A stretch of DNA of 64,000 nt from an uncultured Nitrososphaerales archaeon (GTDB lineage Archaea > Thermoproteota > Nitrososphaeria > Nitrososphaerales > Nitrososphaeraceae). Positions within the stretch are counted from its first letter, which is position 1. Each line of letters begins with the position of its first letter. Location: assembly GCA_963713605.1 (NCBI GenBank), contig CAVQMO010000001.1:864001-928000 (forward strand). Direction: 5' to 3'. Below the pieces are notes generated by a model that was not told the origin of the DNA, did not search any database, and worked only from the letters and a program-made list of their open reading frames with translations. Below are positions 11,318 through 27,152 of the stretch, in pieces. Both the position numbers and the translations under genes were made by a program.

Positions 11318-11473
11318 GGAAAATAATTGTTTAGAGCCGGGTCATACTGACAGACATCCCGCGATGCTCTAACAGAGGTATAGTACGATTTATCGTAACT
11401 TTTAACTAGTATAAATTATACTCCTCTCTACGGGGGGGCTGTAGGACTGCTAGAAAATTCTTCAGGTGATAGT

Positions 11474-12521
11474 TTGAATAAGATGAGAAAACCTATTCTT
11501 CTTTTGGGAGTAGGAGGTCTAGGAAGCCGGCTTGCTTCAAAGATTGCAATGAAACTAGAGTGTGCTTGTTCGATAGTTACGGATGATGAGAGGTGCGAAA
11601 CGGGCGGATATCCTACTGTTTTGATAAATACTCAGTCATGGATCAATCCGTCTGGTCGCAAACTCAGGTTTTATGCTCAAGCATCGGTGGATAGGATCAA
11701 GTCTATGGTGGCAGGCTATAACACAGTATTGATCATAGGTAATCTAGCCGGAAAAGCTGGAATCGCACTTTGCCCGACAATTTGCAACATTATCAGAAAT
11801 CATCGACCTTTTGCTTCAAATCAAATATGTGAAGACAAATTCGCTTCATCCCGGTCAACAAACGAAACGGGACAATCGATAGCAACAAACGAAATTGACG
11901 TCATTACTTTCGTTATTATGCCCTTCAAGTTTGAAAAGAGCCGAATATTTGACGCAGGAATTTCACTGCGGAGGATTCGAGAATCATCTGGTGCAGTTGT
12001 CGTCATTGACAATGATGCATTTTTGGACAACAATCCTGATTTGACAATTTCACAGTGTCATGACCTTACCAATCAAGCAATATTTGACGCTATTTCTTCA
12101 TTTTATCAAACAGAATTCAATGGTGATTTAAATTTATTAAGTGTAGGAAGACCTGATAGAGATTCGGTCTCAAGCTTCCGCGATGGATTCACTCGCCATG
12201 TTGTTGGATAGTACTGACATAGAATCCGTGAGACGTACTCTAGTCTATGTTATGGGCGGCGATAGGATTTCTGTAGGCGCGATGAATGGGCTGGTCAACA
12301 CAGTTCAGTCAATCTTTAGAAAAGATAATTTGAGCGATGTAGATTTGGTGATGTCAAGTACTGGGCGTGTTAATGTGCATCTCCTTTCCTCCATTATCTC
12401 TAGGACTAAATTCGACAGGTATGATCCGTTGTCAGAAATTATCCCTTGTAGGAATAATCTTGATTGGGAAGAATTGGATTGTTCCCCTGAATTCAGTTTA
12501 GACATCAGAGACGTTGAATAA
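11474..12521 (+). CDS. Divergent FtsZ/tubulin-like protein; frameshift near 12180
   Basis: LLGVGGLGSRLA, MPFKFE, VVIDND; the tubulin signature is degenerate (NLAGKAG). Confidence 0.8.
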
Positions 12522-12715
12522 TTTAAGCACCTCATTTTGTGCCCTTCCAATCCTTTTTCCGTTACAATGAATTCCCTTGTCTTAGAAGTATGTGATGTTT
12601 GTCTCTCCAGTAAGCCTTTGTATCTACCGAGTATTCATCATTTGAAGTTCTAGATTGCATTAAATCCTGTAGGGACGCTATTTCTAAGTCTTCTTTTAGG
12701 ACTTCACCTGATGGA

Positions 12716-12889
12716 TTAGAACACTGTCAGATTTCGGTTCGATTTGGTACCTTCTTTGTTCCTATTCGTGGGTTTTGAGAGCTCGTTATAGCAGTCGCAT
12801 CTCTCGTAAATTGACATAACCTTTCCACATCGTTCGCACAATTTGAAGATAACTTCATCGGTTTGCAGCTGGCCAGTCATTAGAGCCAT
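12716..12889 (-). CDS. 57-aa Cys-motif microprotein, possibly longer if frameshifted
   Basis: MALMTGQLQTDEVIFKLCERCGKVMSIYERCDCYNELSK...; TATA box (TTTTTATA) about 25 nt upstream. Confidence 0.5.
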   Translation of the reverse strand: MALMTGQLQTDEVIFKLCERCGKVMSIYERCDCYNELSKPTNRNKEGTKSNRNLTVF

Positions 12890-13022
12890 ACATACTATGT
12901 GCCTTCAAGGTATAAAAATTTGACTTGACAGAGCCAAATCTAAAATAATAATAATGAATCTATGTATTTCACCAATATGTAACTAAATTTATATGATTTA
13001 ATATATTTCCTTACGACTATTA

Positions 13023-14382
13023 TTACTTAGTCTGTGAAAGAAGACGAGATTGAATGATTTGTTCTGTTGCATCTATCAAAAGCTCTGCATCCTTCAGAGT
13101 GTGCATAGCGGAAATTGCACCCATTTTTTGAGGTAGAAAGAACATGTTGTGTTTTGCAATTAGAGCGAAGTGATATTTTCTAAGCAATTCTCTGTCAGAT
13201 AATCCTACGTCTGACGCCGAGTTTATTTTTCGTATGTTCTTGTTGAGAAAATGGGTCATAAATAAGGAGCCAACCCCTGTTACATCCACATCGATCTTTG
13301 CGTCTGAAATACCTTTTTCAGTCCTTCTCTTACCCGATTGCCTATCTTGTTTATTTTGGGATAGATAGTCGATTTGTTCAGTTTAAGGTGTTTCAAGGTC
13401 GCTAACCCTGCTGTCATCGTCAATGGATTTGCGGCAAAGGTCCCCCCTCCAATATAACATGCAACTTCGCTCTTTTCTCTCCCAACTGGATTGCACAAAG
13501 ACATGATGTCCCTGTCACCACACAAAACCCCGATTGGTAAACCTCCTCCTACTATTTTTCCCAGAGTAAACAAGTCTGGGTCCAACTTATATTCGTCTGC
13601 TGCACCTTTAAAGGACAAGCGAAACCCAGTGACGATCTCATCAAGGATAAAGAGAGCATCATTGGTCTTTGCGAATTCCTGTAAACCATGGAGATACTCT
13701 CTTTCCGGGGTAATGCAGCCTGCACCGCCAAGTACAGGCTCCACTATTACGCATGCTAAATCATCCTGTATTGTGTTAAGAATTTTCAGGGATCTTTCCA
13801 GATCATTAAACGGAATAGACTCGACAAATTGCTCTTCATCTTGAATTAGACCTAATCCTTCGTCCAGTTCGAAGGGATAATTTACGGATTGGAGAAGATT
13901 GGTATTATATCCATGCCACCCCCCTACGATCTTTGCGACAACCCTTCTACCAGTCCTCGCCCTGGCGAGTCGAACTGCATACATAGTAGCCTCTGAACCC
14001 GTCACTAGAATAGCGAATCAGTTCGGCACGAGGCATTCCCTCCTTAATAGCGTAGGCAAGATCCAGAGCTTAATCTGTTGACAGTGCCAAATAGCGTTCC
14101 GTGACTTGCCTGATTCCTAACAGCAGAGGCAACGACTGGATGTGAATGACCCATTATGAGAGCCCAATGGCCCATCCAATAATCCGTGTAATCATTGCCA
14201 TCTACATCGTGCAAGTATTTTCCTTTCGCTGACTTCGTATAGAAAGGATAAGGGTCGAAATGTCTGATATTGTGGCTGATACCTCCCGGAAAGCACGACA
14301 AGGATTTCTTGTAAAGCTCACGGGATTTTCGAGTCTTTTTCGAATACCCTTTTTGAAATTGGGTGGCTACTGCTGGATTCAT
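13023..14382 (-). CDS. hemL: Glutamate-1-semialdehyde 2,1-aminomutase; split into three ORFs by two frameshifts
   Basis: PGGISHNIR, DVDGNDYTDY, TGSEATMYAVRLAR, ILDEIVTGFR, TLGKIVGGGLPIG, GTFAANP. Confidence 0.88.
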
Positions 14383-14607
14383 CGGTCGCTAACTAGATTC
14401 AGAACACTTTTTAATTGTTATCTTAGGAAAGAGAAATCCTTAAAGTTGAAGAAATCTCGAAACTCTTCAATAAGGATCTATTCAGGATGATATATGACAT
14501 ACCTAAATACACACTTACAATGCCAAACTTTTATTGACATTGATGCTGAGTATAACTGAATATCTCCTTTTTTGGTAACGTATCGAGCTGTTAAATCTCA
14601 TTTCTTG

Positions 14608-14620
14608 CGAACGTTTATAT
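14608..14620 (+). promoter_or_regulatory. Probable BRE/TATA promoter of the rRNA operon
   Basis: CGAACG-TTTATAT about 225 nt upstream of the 16S start. Confidence 0.5.
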
Positions 14621-14772
14621 GGAAATCCTGTGACAGACTTGTAGAACGTGGACTATAAGGCGGCGTCAGTGATGATCTCTCAAGTAACAATGGTCTTAGT
14701 GCCATTGAATGATTCACTGACCTCCAGTTACGCTCATATCATGGAGATTCGATGAAAATCGTATCTGACTTA

Positions 14773-16355
<1,583 letters not shown>

Positions 16356-16867
16356 CAAAACAAAAAGAGATGCAATTCTCCAATAGAAAAAGGAATGTCA
16401 ATCCTTTGGGGGATGAAGGACGTAGTAGATGTGAATTTACGATGATCGTCGCGCATAGGAAAGTCAATTTAAGACAGACTCAAGACAGAAAAATAGACAA
16501 AATTATGTGGTGAAACTGAAATATAATGTATACATCAATTCTATAATCTAAACAAAGAAGATTCAAACACGAGTAATTAGCTACAATCATAATACAGTAA
16601 TGTTCGCGCAAATGTGTCTGCATTATGTATATTTGGTGGTGATCCTATCGTGTACTCTGAAAGGATAGGGTACAAAAAGATAGGTGTTAATGGCAGATAG
16701 AAGATATATGTATGTCTTGTTTATGTAGCGGTACATTCTCAATACATACATAGAAACAGATACAGAATATACAAGAAGTGTCAAATCAGATCTTTATACT
16801 CATCAGAAAGCGTTCATGCGGGTACCTAACTATCTTTACAGAAATGCGAAGGAATTAGGTGTGCAAA

Positions 16868-19830
<2,963 letters not shown>

Positions 19831-20475
19831 CAACCTTCGACTTTCTGAGAAAAGAAAGTTAACAAAACTTGTATCCGACTGAGCAAACTGATGTATGAGA
19901 ACAAATGATAAAGAGTGAATTGGCGCGGAGATGTATGTGCTGGTGCATGTATGTTCGTAATGCATGGACACATCTTCTTCTTTGCCGTTATCAGCATCTT
20001 TGTTGTCCAAGATACAAGGTTGGCCTTTGTTCATCAATATCCCTTCAGAGGAATCGATAGATTGCAACCGTAAGAATTCACCAAACTAAGTAGTGCATGC
20101 ACTGCGTAAAGAACACTGTATTGGCTATGTGACTATAGCACTTGTGAATGAATGACTGAAAAGAGTCTGTTTTAGATTGAACTTTGCGTATCCGCAGTTT
20201 TCCTATGCGCGACGGTGAATTTTTTCAGTTAATCCTGCAATAGAAGTAGTTTGTAATTGAAATAGTTGGATATTGTAAGTTGTATCTTAATTCGCATTGG
20301 TTTTTGTTTCTAATTCGTGCCAAGATGAAATCACAAGTTGTTTGAACGCTACAATTATTTAGGGGAGTGTTAAATTTGCTGATCTGTTGTGTTTGTTCTT
20401 AAGTTGTGTTATGCCTACAACTCTCGCTAATAGTACTAGTGAACTTTTAGTTGAGGATTTGCGTTTGTCTTCGTT

Positions 20476-20505
20476 ATCATCATCATCATCATCATCATCA
20501 TCATC
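20476..20505. repeat. (ATC)10 trinucleotide microsatellite
   Basis: Direct reading of the sequence. Confidence 0.9.
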
Positions 20506-20643
20506 TTTATCGTTGCCTTCGGTATTTCCGGTGCTTAGTCAAAGAGTTTATGAGAATTCAGGTGCTTCTCTACTTCTGACGATCCTTTTTGGCAGCAGTG
20601 TTTGTGGTTGCGGTTTTACTTGCGGATTGGGGCTTGAAGATCT

Positions 20644-21975
20644 TTGACACAGGTCCAGAACGAAGCGCGCATGGCTAAGATGAATGGTGCTGGTACTCAT
20701 AATAATGACGCTACTCTAAATGCCAATGCTAATGGTCTTGGAAAAAAGACGAAAACTAAAACAAGTTCGACGAAATTACAATTAAAGATCTCTCGCGATC
20801 CTTCTTCTAAGAATCAGGAAATTTATTTTGAATCCGTACCTTCAGTCATATGCCTCTCTCACAAAGAGGATGTTGATGGTCTTTCTTCCGCAGCCCTTGT
20901 CAAATCTGCATTCAAGGGCTGCTATGTGATCTTACTTGATTACGCTAATCTCATCAGACATCTTAAAAGACTGTCTTTTTTGATATCATCGTCAACAGGA
21001 ACGGAAGAGATTCGTTCTGAATCTTTGAGTACTGAGGGCTCTGTAACGACTACTGTTAGTCGCTATGGCGACAGTAACAGCAACAATAACAGCAACAACA
21101 ACAACAATGTTCGTAAAGTTAAGGCTAGTACTACAAAGAAGTCGAGAAGAAACAAAAAACTGATAATCTGTGATCTTGGCCTTAACAAGAAAAACGAATC
21201 TGCATTCATACAAATTCTTGATGAAATAGCTTCAAATGGCTACAATGTAGAATACATAGACCATCATGATGTAAGTGAAGAAATAAAGGCTGAATTGCGA
21301 AAAGTTGGAGTTACTCTTGTTCATTCTACCGATGAATGCACAAGCGTACAGGTTTACCAACGTTACAAGAAAAAGCTCAACTCGTATTCTTCATTCTATG
21401 CTGCTGCGGGGGCGCTGACTGATTATCTGGAACAGAGACCTATTGCTTCTATGCTCGTATCCAGATTTGATAGACATTTTCTTATGCTTGAATCTACGGC
21501 CCTTTCCTACATGATTTCCTCTAACCAACATGACGAGAAATTTCTGCTGAAAATTGTCGATTCTATCACTATGAACAAATTTCCACATGACATAGAGGGA
21601 GGCTTCATGATGGCTGAAAAATATGCAATTAGAGTATCTGAGGCTGTAAAATCTTTGGAGGGTTCGATAATTCGAAAGGACAAGTTGGCGTATGTTCGAA
21701 ATAATCTAGATCTTACTGCAAGTGTAATAGTAAATTTTGTACTTGGTATTTCGGGCCGCCCAGTAGCACTGGTTTACAAGCCTCGGGACGACATCAATTC
21801 CTTTGTCATTTCAATTAGAGGCTCAAAGGAATGTGAAGCTCATCTGGGGAGGCTTGTAAATGAAATCGCCGCTAATATTGGAGGGAGTGGCGGAGGACAT
21901 GATAAAGCCTCTGGAGCAGTTATTCCAAAAGAACGCATGAATGAATTTATTTCCGAACTAGATAAGCAAATATGA
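20644..21975 (+). CDS. DHH/DHHA1 family phosphoesterase (RecJ-like) with low-complexity insertions; start may be ATG 20671
   Basis: SHKEDVDG, ICDLG, YIDHH, GGSGGGHDKASG. Confidence 0.9.
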   Translation: MTQVQNEARMAKMNGAGTHNNDATLNANANGLGKKTKTKTSSTKLQLKISRDPSSKNQEIYFESVPSVICLSHKEDVDGLSSAALVKSAFKGCYVILLDYANLIRHLKRLSFLISSSTGTEEIRSESLSTEGSVTTTVSRYGDSNSNNNSNNNNNVRKVKASTTKKSRRNKKLIICDLGLNKKNESAFIQILDEIASNGYNVEYIDHHDVSEEIKAELRKVGVTLVHSTDECTSVQVYQRYKKKLNSYSSFYAAAGALTDYLEQRPIASMLVSRFDRHFLMLESTALSYMISSNQHDEKFLLKIVDSITMNKFPHDIEGGFMMAEKYAIRVSEAVKSLEGSIIRKDKLAYVRNNLDLTASVIVNFVLGISGRPVALVYKPRDDINSFVISIRGSKECEAHLGRLVNEIAANIGGSGGGHDKASGAVIPKERMNEFISELDKQI

Positions 21976-22122
21976 ATAGTGAGTTTAGAGGCTCCTCATT
22001 TTGCTTTTGCTCTACACGTTTTGTTCGGCTCGGCCGAATTAGCCCAGATGCATTCTCCTTGGTCACCAAAAAAACAATATACATTACTTTAACATTCAGA
22101 TGATTTGGAGTGTGGGTTAGAT

Positions 22123-22317
22123 TTGCCAGTCATTCAAATAACGTTGAGCAAAGGTAGAACAGTCGAGCAGAAGCGAGAACTTGTCCAAATAATTACAGAA
22201 GAGTCTGCGCGTATTCTTAAAACAAAAAATGAGAATATCAGGATTCTGATCTATGAGGTAGAAGGAGAAAATTGGTCAAATGCGGGTATTCTGGGCTTGG
22301 ATATGAAAGACCGATAA
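22123..22317 (+). CDS. 4-oxalocrotonate tautomerase family protein
   Basis: TTG start gives Pro1; Arg11 and Arg39 equivalents retained (PVIQITLSKGRTVEQKREL...ENIRILI). Confidence 0.9.
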   Translation: MPVIQITLSKGRTVEQKRELVQIITEESARILKTKNENIRILIYEVEGENWSNAGILGLDMKDR

Positions 22318-22389
22318 ATTTGGTGATACTGTGCAATTAATACCACATTAAAGTAACGATTTTAAAATGTCTGACCTTTGGCGGGCAGG

Positions 22390-23379
22390 TTAATGCATAT
22401 GTCTGTGGATTCCTATTGATATCCATCCCTCTCGTCTAAAATACCAAAGCAGAAGAACTGTGCTTGTGACTGCGCCTATTAGCAGTATCACGAGAGTAGT
22501 GTAATTTCCAAATATTGCCAATGCGGGATTGTTATTGTCTCCAGGTAAAGGTAGGTTCATTCCGTAGAAAGTGCTTATTATAGTCACGGGAATTGAAAGC
22601 GTAAAGAGAATGGTTAGTATAGATAAAATTCTGTTTGATTTTTCTGAGCTCAACATAAAATCTGTGTCTTTGTATATTTCGATAGTCTCTTTTGATTCAT
22701 CTAGTGTCTCTAAAACCTTTTCTATGTGATCCTTAACATCATAAAAGTATGGAGTCAGGTCCTCTTTGGAAAAGCGCTGAACATCTCGAGCCAGGTCCAT
22801 TACAATTCGTCTCATAGGAATGATAAGACGTCTTAATATGGTAATTTCTCTTCTCAAAATCGAAATTTCCCTTGCTTCTGACATTTTTTCATTGAATACG
22901 CCTTCTTCAATATCGTCTATATTGCCGACGATCTTCATCAGTACGTGAAATAAATCGTCTACCAAGGTATCTATGATTGTATGAAGCAGGTAGCCAGGCT
23001 CCTTGCCCATTAGATTCTCTTTCTGGTTTGGATTCTCCTGACACATCTTGAAAAGGTCCAATAAAGGTTCGAGCTCACCTTGGTGGACGGTTACGAGGAA
23101 ATTGGCTCCCAGAAACATTGATAACTGACTGACTCTAGGGACATGCTTCTCTTTGCCCCTTGATGGGAAGTGAATTATGACAAAAATATAATTGCTATGT
23201 CTTTCGACCTTTGGAAGCTGAATCTTCGAAAGGGAATCCTCCAAATTCAGGTCATGAAAAGAGTAAAGCCTACCAAGCGCATCCATCTCTCGCCTTGTTG
23301 GCCTTGGGAGATCGATCCACTTAAATCCATCGCTTTCCACCGTGCGCAACGATTTCATGAAATCTGTCTCCATCTTCAA
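22390..23379 (-). CDS. corA: CorA family Mg2+/Co2+ transporter
   Basis: WIDL, LVTVH, YGMN signature between two C-terminal TM helices. Confidence 0.92.
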   Translation of the reverse strand: MKMETDFMKSLRTVESDGFKWIDLPRPTRREMDALGRLYSFHDLNLEDSLSKIQLPKVERHSNYIFVIIHFPSRGKEKHVPRVSQLSMFLGANFLVTVHQGELEPLLDLFKMCQENPNQKENLMGKEPGYLLHTIIDTLVDDLFHVLMKIVGNIDDIEEGVFNEKMSEAREISILRREITILRRLIIPMRRIVMDLARDVQRFSKEDLTPYFYDVKDHIEKVLETLDESKETIEIYKDTDFMLSSEKSNRILSILTILFTLSIPVTIISTFYGMNLPLPGDNNNPALAIFGNYTTLVILLIGAVTSTVLLLWYFRREGWISIGIHRHMH

Positions 23380-23543
23380 TCACGCCAAGTAAGTTTCCCA
23401 TAATTTAGTCTTATAATCTATTGCATTTTGGTAAGTATACTTGTCACAAAAGTAAATTGACTGCATAGGTATTCTATATCTAGGCCAGTTATAGTTATAC
23501 TCTAAAATAGTACATCCAATTCGCTTTGAAGGCATGACTCAGG

Positions 23544-24050
23544 TTGAGGAGATATCATATTACCAATCATTACCTGAAAGCAAAACGTCGCCAAAGACTC
23601 ATTTATTTATATGCGCTCACAAGTTATTATTATTGTAAATTGTCGATTCGGAAGCAAAGCCCTTTCTATGATAGAGAATCGGAAAAATTGTTTCCTGAGA
23701 TGCCAGATTCTGCTTCTGCAATCGCAAAGGTTTTTCTAAATATTGAACAATTTGATATTGGACAAAGCTACGTAACTGCTAAAATTGTCAACAAGTATGG
23801 TGATAAAGTGGGGCTTAATATTCAGGGGGGGAGACCTGGAATCGAACTACAAGAAAGCCTGTTTAGATTGCAAGGTAAGCAAACTCCAAAACATGTCTTT
23901 GTACTTGTGAAGGTTAAAGATAGTGGAAATCTACTAGTGCGGAAATTGCCAGTAGTGGGTATCAAGGATTGGCTTTTAATTTATGAAGACACCTTATTTT
24001 TACTCGCAGTTAAAGATAGGTACGATGAAATCGAATTCAGGGTTATCTGA
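23544..24050 (+). CDS. Hypothetical protein (real start probably near 23641)
   Basis: Globular-looking ORF; no motif recognised. Confidence 0.6.
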   Translation: MRRYHITNHYLKAKRRQRLIYLYALTSYYYCKLSIRKQSPFYDRESEKLFPEMPDSASAIAKVFLNIEQFDIGQSYVTAKIVNKYGDKVGLNIQGGRPGIELQESLFRLQGKQTPKHVFVLVKVKDSGNLLVRKLPVVGIKDWLLIYEDTLFLLAVKDRYDEIEFRVI

Positions 24051-24576
24051 TTGCTGATAAGGATACGGGCATAAGAAAATTACGGAAATTAATAATAGCA
24101 CCGTTATGACGCCTGCAAAATATCGGGAACTCAAAAGAATTTGCACATGATATTAGCCAGCTAGCCCGCCTACCAAAGACCCCGTACGTATATTTTTCAT
24201 AAACACAAAATAACTAAAACGATCCATACAAGGCCTTGAATTAAATAAGCGCCTAGCGCAGTCCAGTTTTCACCTTACCTGCACTAGGCATGTTCCCCAT
24301 CGGTTTGGTCGATGTACCTCTACCTAAAGCCTATGCTAATTTAAATGTGACTGGGCCGGTGATTCTATCACGTTTTCTCTTGTTTTTTTCTAATCTGGAT
24401 ATTTCCAGTCTGATGGAGAGTCATCATTCTAGAGCGACCCGAATGATGATATTTGCTTTTGTATCTGAATTAAGTCAATTCAAAGTAGGACACGAATGTT
24501 TATTGAATTAAAAATACAGTTCATGTCCACATCTTGTAAATCCCGTATTTTCAAGAAAAGGTAGCATTTAATAAAC

Positions 24577-24907
24577 ATGACATTGCATACAATTCAGTTG
24601 AGCAATAACAGGGACTTTCTGTCGCAACAATTAATGTGGATAGGAATATCTCTAGTAATAAGCCTCGCCATCTCATTCATAGTTCCATTTCCGGTACTCG
24701 CTTCCAATCATTATCGGAGTCTTCATACTTCTCAGCTTTTACGTAAGGAAACGAGCCATGAAAAGGATGGGGATGTCTGGTACATCAATGTTTGGCGGGT
24801 ACAATTCAGGGTCCTCTCTTAGTTATTATTGTATGAATTGTGGAACAAAGCACAACCAAGTTGCTTGCCCCAAATGTGGTTCCAAGATGAAACGTGTCGG
24901 GTCTTAA
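24577..24907 (+). CDS. Small 2-TM membrane protein with C-terminal zinc ribbon; frameshift near 24693
   Basis: Corrected frame: ...ISFIVPFPYSLPIIIGVFILLSFYVRKRAMKRMG...YYCMNCGTKHNQVACPKCGSKMKRVGS. Confidence 0.75.
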
Positions 24908-25125
24908 ACAGGATGTAAACCTAGATCAACTATCTTGATTTTATTGTGTTATTGCTGAGTCAATTATTAACCTAGCAATATCAGGTACTCTGATTAGTAT
25001 ATTTCCTTAAAATTGTTGATCAGTTGGTAATTTGCGGAGAAATTTCTGTTAGACTGTTAGGAAACAGTTCTGACCTAGATTCTCTAAAGAATGTTTTAGG
25101 TTGCATTCTTAGACACTGCTGAAAT

Positions 25126-25536
25126 ATGACATATGTAAGCTTGTCTTTAGGGACTCAGAATTTGGGTGAATTTAAGTCAGTATTAGATGTATTGTTCGTA
25201 TTCACAGTTCTGGCACTTGCATTTTATGCAGGCATCTTTTTGCTGGCTGGACCTGCTAATGAAGATGGCGCTCTAGCACATCCTAAGGATAGCGTTCTTC
25301 CGTTATTGTATGATGATGATGATGATGATGATTATTTAGCACAAAGTTCAGATTTCAAGTTAGATGGCGAGGGCATAGCTGGAGTCGTTCCCGTATCCAG
25401 CGGCAGCAGATACGGTTATTCTGGTTCAACGGGTATTTCGGTCCAGCAAAATGTGACTCAGCAGAATGTATGCAGCTCCAATACCGCATATTGTTATAAT
25501 GAGGTTGACAATGACTTCAATGTTAATCCCCCGTAG
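25126..25536 (+). CDS. Hypothetical exported protein with poly-Asp tract
   Basis: Hydrophobic N-terminal helix, (GAT)7 at 25312-25332, C-terminal QQNVTQQNVC...CYN. Confidence 0.55.
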   Translation: MTYVSLSLGTQNLGEFKSVLDVLFVFTVLALAFYAGIFLLAGPANEDGALAHPKDSVLPLLYDDDDDDDYLAQSSDFKLDGEGIAGVVPVSSGSRYGYSGSTGISVQQNVTQQNVCSSNTAYCYNEVDNDFNVNPP

Positions 25537-25775
25537 GTATCGTTTGAATATCTAAAAGCAGTTTTTAGTGTTTGTTGATATTAGTAAAGAAGAACGGTCT
25601 CAAATAAGAGTTGGGATAATTAAATCTAGTATAACAAGAGAATACTAATATCCAGGCTGAGGACCACTTCCAAATATTGTATTATTTACCTTCTTTTATT
25701 CCAAAATCCAGTAAAGCAATCGAATAGTTTATATACTACCGCGTTGCCAATGTATAGTAACGGTTAAATAGAAAA

Positions 25776-26051
25776 ATGGTCAATACCATAAATATGAAAC
25801 AGGTCCAACTACTAAGGATCTTGGTTAAGGAGAGGGCAATAGTTAGACTGTTGAAAACAATAGGAAACTCTGATTACCCAACAAGAGAACTGCTTAATAA
25901 GCTGGGCGCATACGGATATGGACATAAGCTATTGGTAAGAGCTGAAAAGATCGGTCTTGTTCAGAGAAAGGTTGAGAAGAACAGGGTTTACAACAAGCTC
26001 ACCAACGACGGTAAAAAGGTAGTCAAGCTCGCAAAACAAATTGGAGTCTAA
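25776..26051 (+). CDS. Small basic winged-helix DNA-binding protein
   Basis: GLVQR...RVYNKLTNDGKKV wing motif; TTTATATA upstream and a T-rich terminator downstream. Confidence 0.7.
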   Translation: MVNTINMKQVQLLRILVKERAIVRLLKTIGNSDYPTRELLNKLGAYGYGHKLLVRAEKIGLVQRKVEKNRVYNKLTNDGKKVVKLAKQIGV

Positions 26052-26306
26052 TCTAGGCTAGCTTTACGTCACTTACCCTAGAAGGACGTCCGAATAGTTC
26101 TTCAACTTGGAACCAAAAGCGAACTGAGATTCCCCTGTTTTTATTTTAATAGCAAATTTCGTAATTTATTATCTTTATTAGTTAATTAATTGCATCTCCT
26201 TCTCACGAAGTTAAGTCTGGTGCGCAGTTTTCTTTTTGTATCCTCGCGATTTAGGAGTGGCCACCTTGGCCGTCGATGGATACTGAAACAGGGTAGGAGG
26301 CCTTAT

Positions 26307-26993
26307 CTAATGCTGAGTCCTAAAGCCCGAAGCAAGTTCGTGAATCTTGTCATACCATGACTCGGCTTTTATAATTCCACTGGCTACAAGGATGCCTTTG
26401 GCGCCTAATCTTAGTGCACTTTCAACGTCCGCTTTATCAACGATGCCCGCACCACAAATCACCTTACTACTATTTGACCTTTCTTCGACTGAAGATATAG
26501 ACTTTGTAACAATAAATGGGTTTTCTTTAGACACAGCTTTCCCAGAGCCAATCAGCTCTGGTGGCTCGATGGCTATAAAATCAGGGTTGAAGTTAGCAAC
26601 TGTTCCTGCTTCCTCCGGCGTCCTGACGCAGACTATCGAGACCATTTGGAGGTTTTTTAAGATGCTGATCACCTCTCTGATAGAGTCGGTACTGTCGAAC
26701 CTATGTTCACTGTGATTTACTAGTGAACCGACAGCACCATATGATTTGACAATTTCAGGAACTAGAAAGCCAGTCGTTGATCCAGGTTTTGAAAAGTCGA
26801 CGTGTTGACCAATAACGGGAGTCTTTACTGCCGCACAGACCTGACTTAGTGACGGGGGAGGAGGGGCAATAATGATATCAACCCCTGTATCGTCACTGAC
26901 CTGTTCCGATACTTTTGACAGTTCTATACTCTTTTCTCCTGCTATCTCAAGATAGTTCTTAAAATTGATAATAAGCGGTGAATTAAAATTCAA
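26307..26993 (-). CDS. tpiA: Triosephosphate isomerase (archaeal type)
   Basis: IINFKNY, NHSEHR, AIEPPELIG, CGAGI, GILVASG. Confidence 0.96.
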   Translation of the reverse strand: MNFNSPLIINFKNYLEIAGEKSIELSKVSEQVSDDTGVDIIIAPPPPSLSQVCAAVKTPVIGQHVDFSKPGSTTGFLVPEIVKSYGAVGSLVNHSEHRFDSTDSIREVISILKNLQMVSIVCVRTPEEAGTVANFNPDFIAIEPPELIGSGKAVSKENPFIVTKSISSVEERSNSSKVICGAGIVDKADVESALRLGAKGILVASGIIKAESWYDKIHELASGFRTQH

Positions 26994-27152
26994 TTCTTTA
27001 CTCTTAAAGGAACACCAAACATTCTGAATGTATCATTCCTATGCTGTCGACAAGTGGAGTAGCTTATCCCAAAGGAAGGTGAAGCCTTTTGTTGTGTTAT
27101 CATACATCTTCTAAATAGTATCTATATTCATTCATTCATTCGTCTTTGTCGA

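Noticed and set aside
11474..12521. Novel tubulin-family system
   Set aside because: A divergent FtsZ-like gene is an established feature of thaumarchaeotes, and no special partners are adjacent.
14665..14721. C/D box sRNA in the rRNA leader (GTGATGA...CTGA)
   Set aside because: The boxes sit inside a perfect GTCAGTGA/TCACTGAC stem, and no D'/C' pair or guide target was evident, so a plain leader hairpin explains it.
20387..20647. 86-aa poly-Ser ORF, or a poly-Asp protein on the opposite strand
   Set aside because: Produced by the microsatellite; the minus frame has internal stops and no start.
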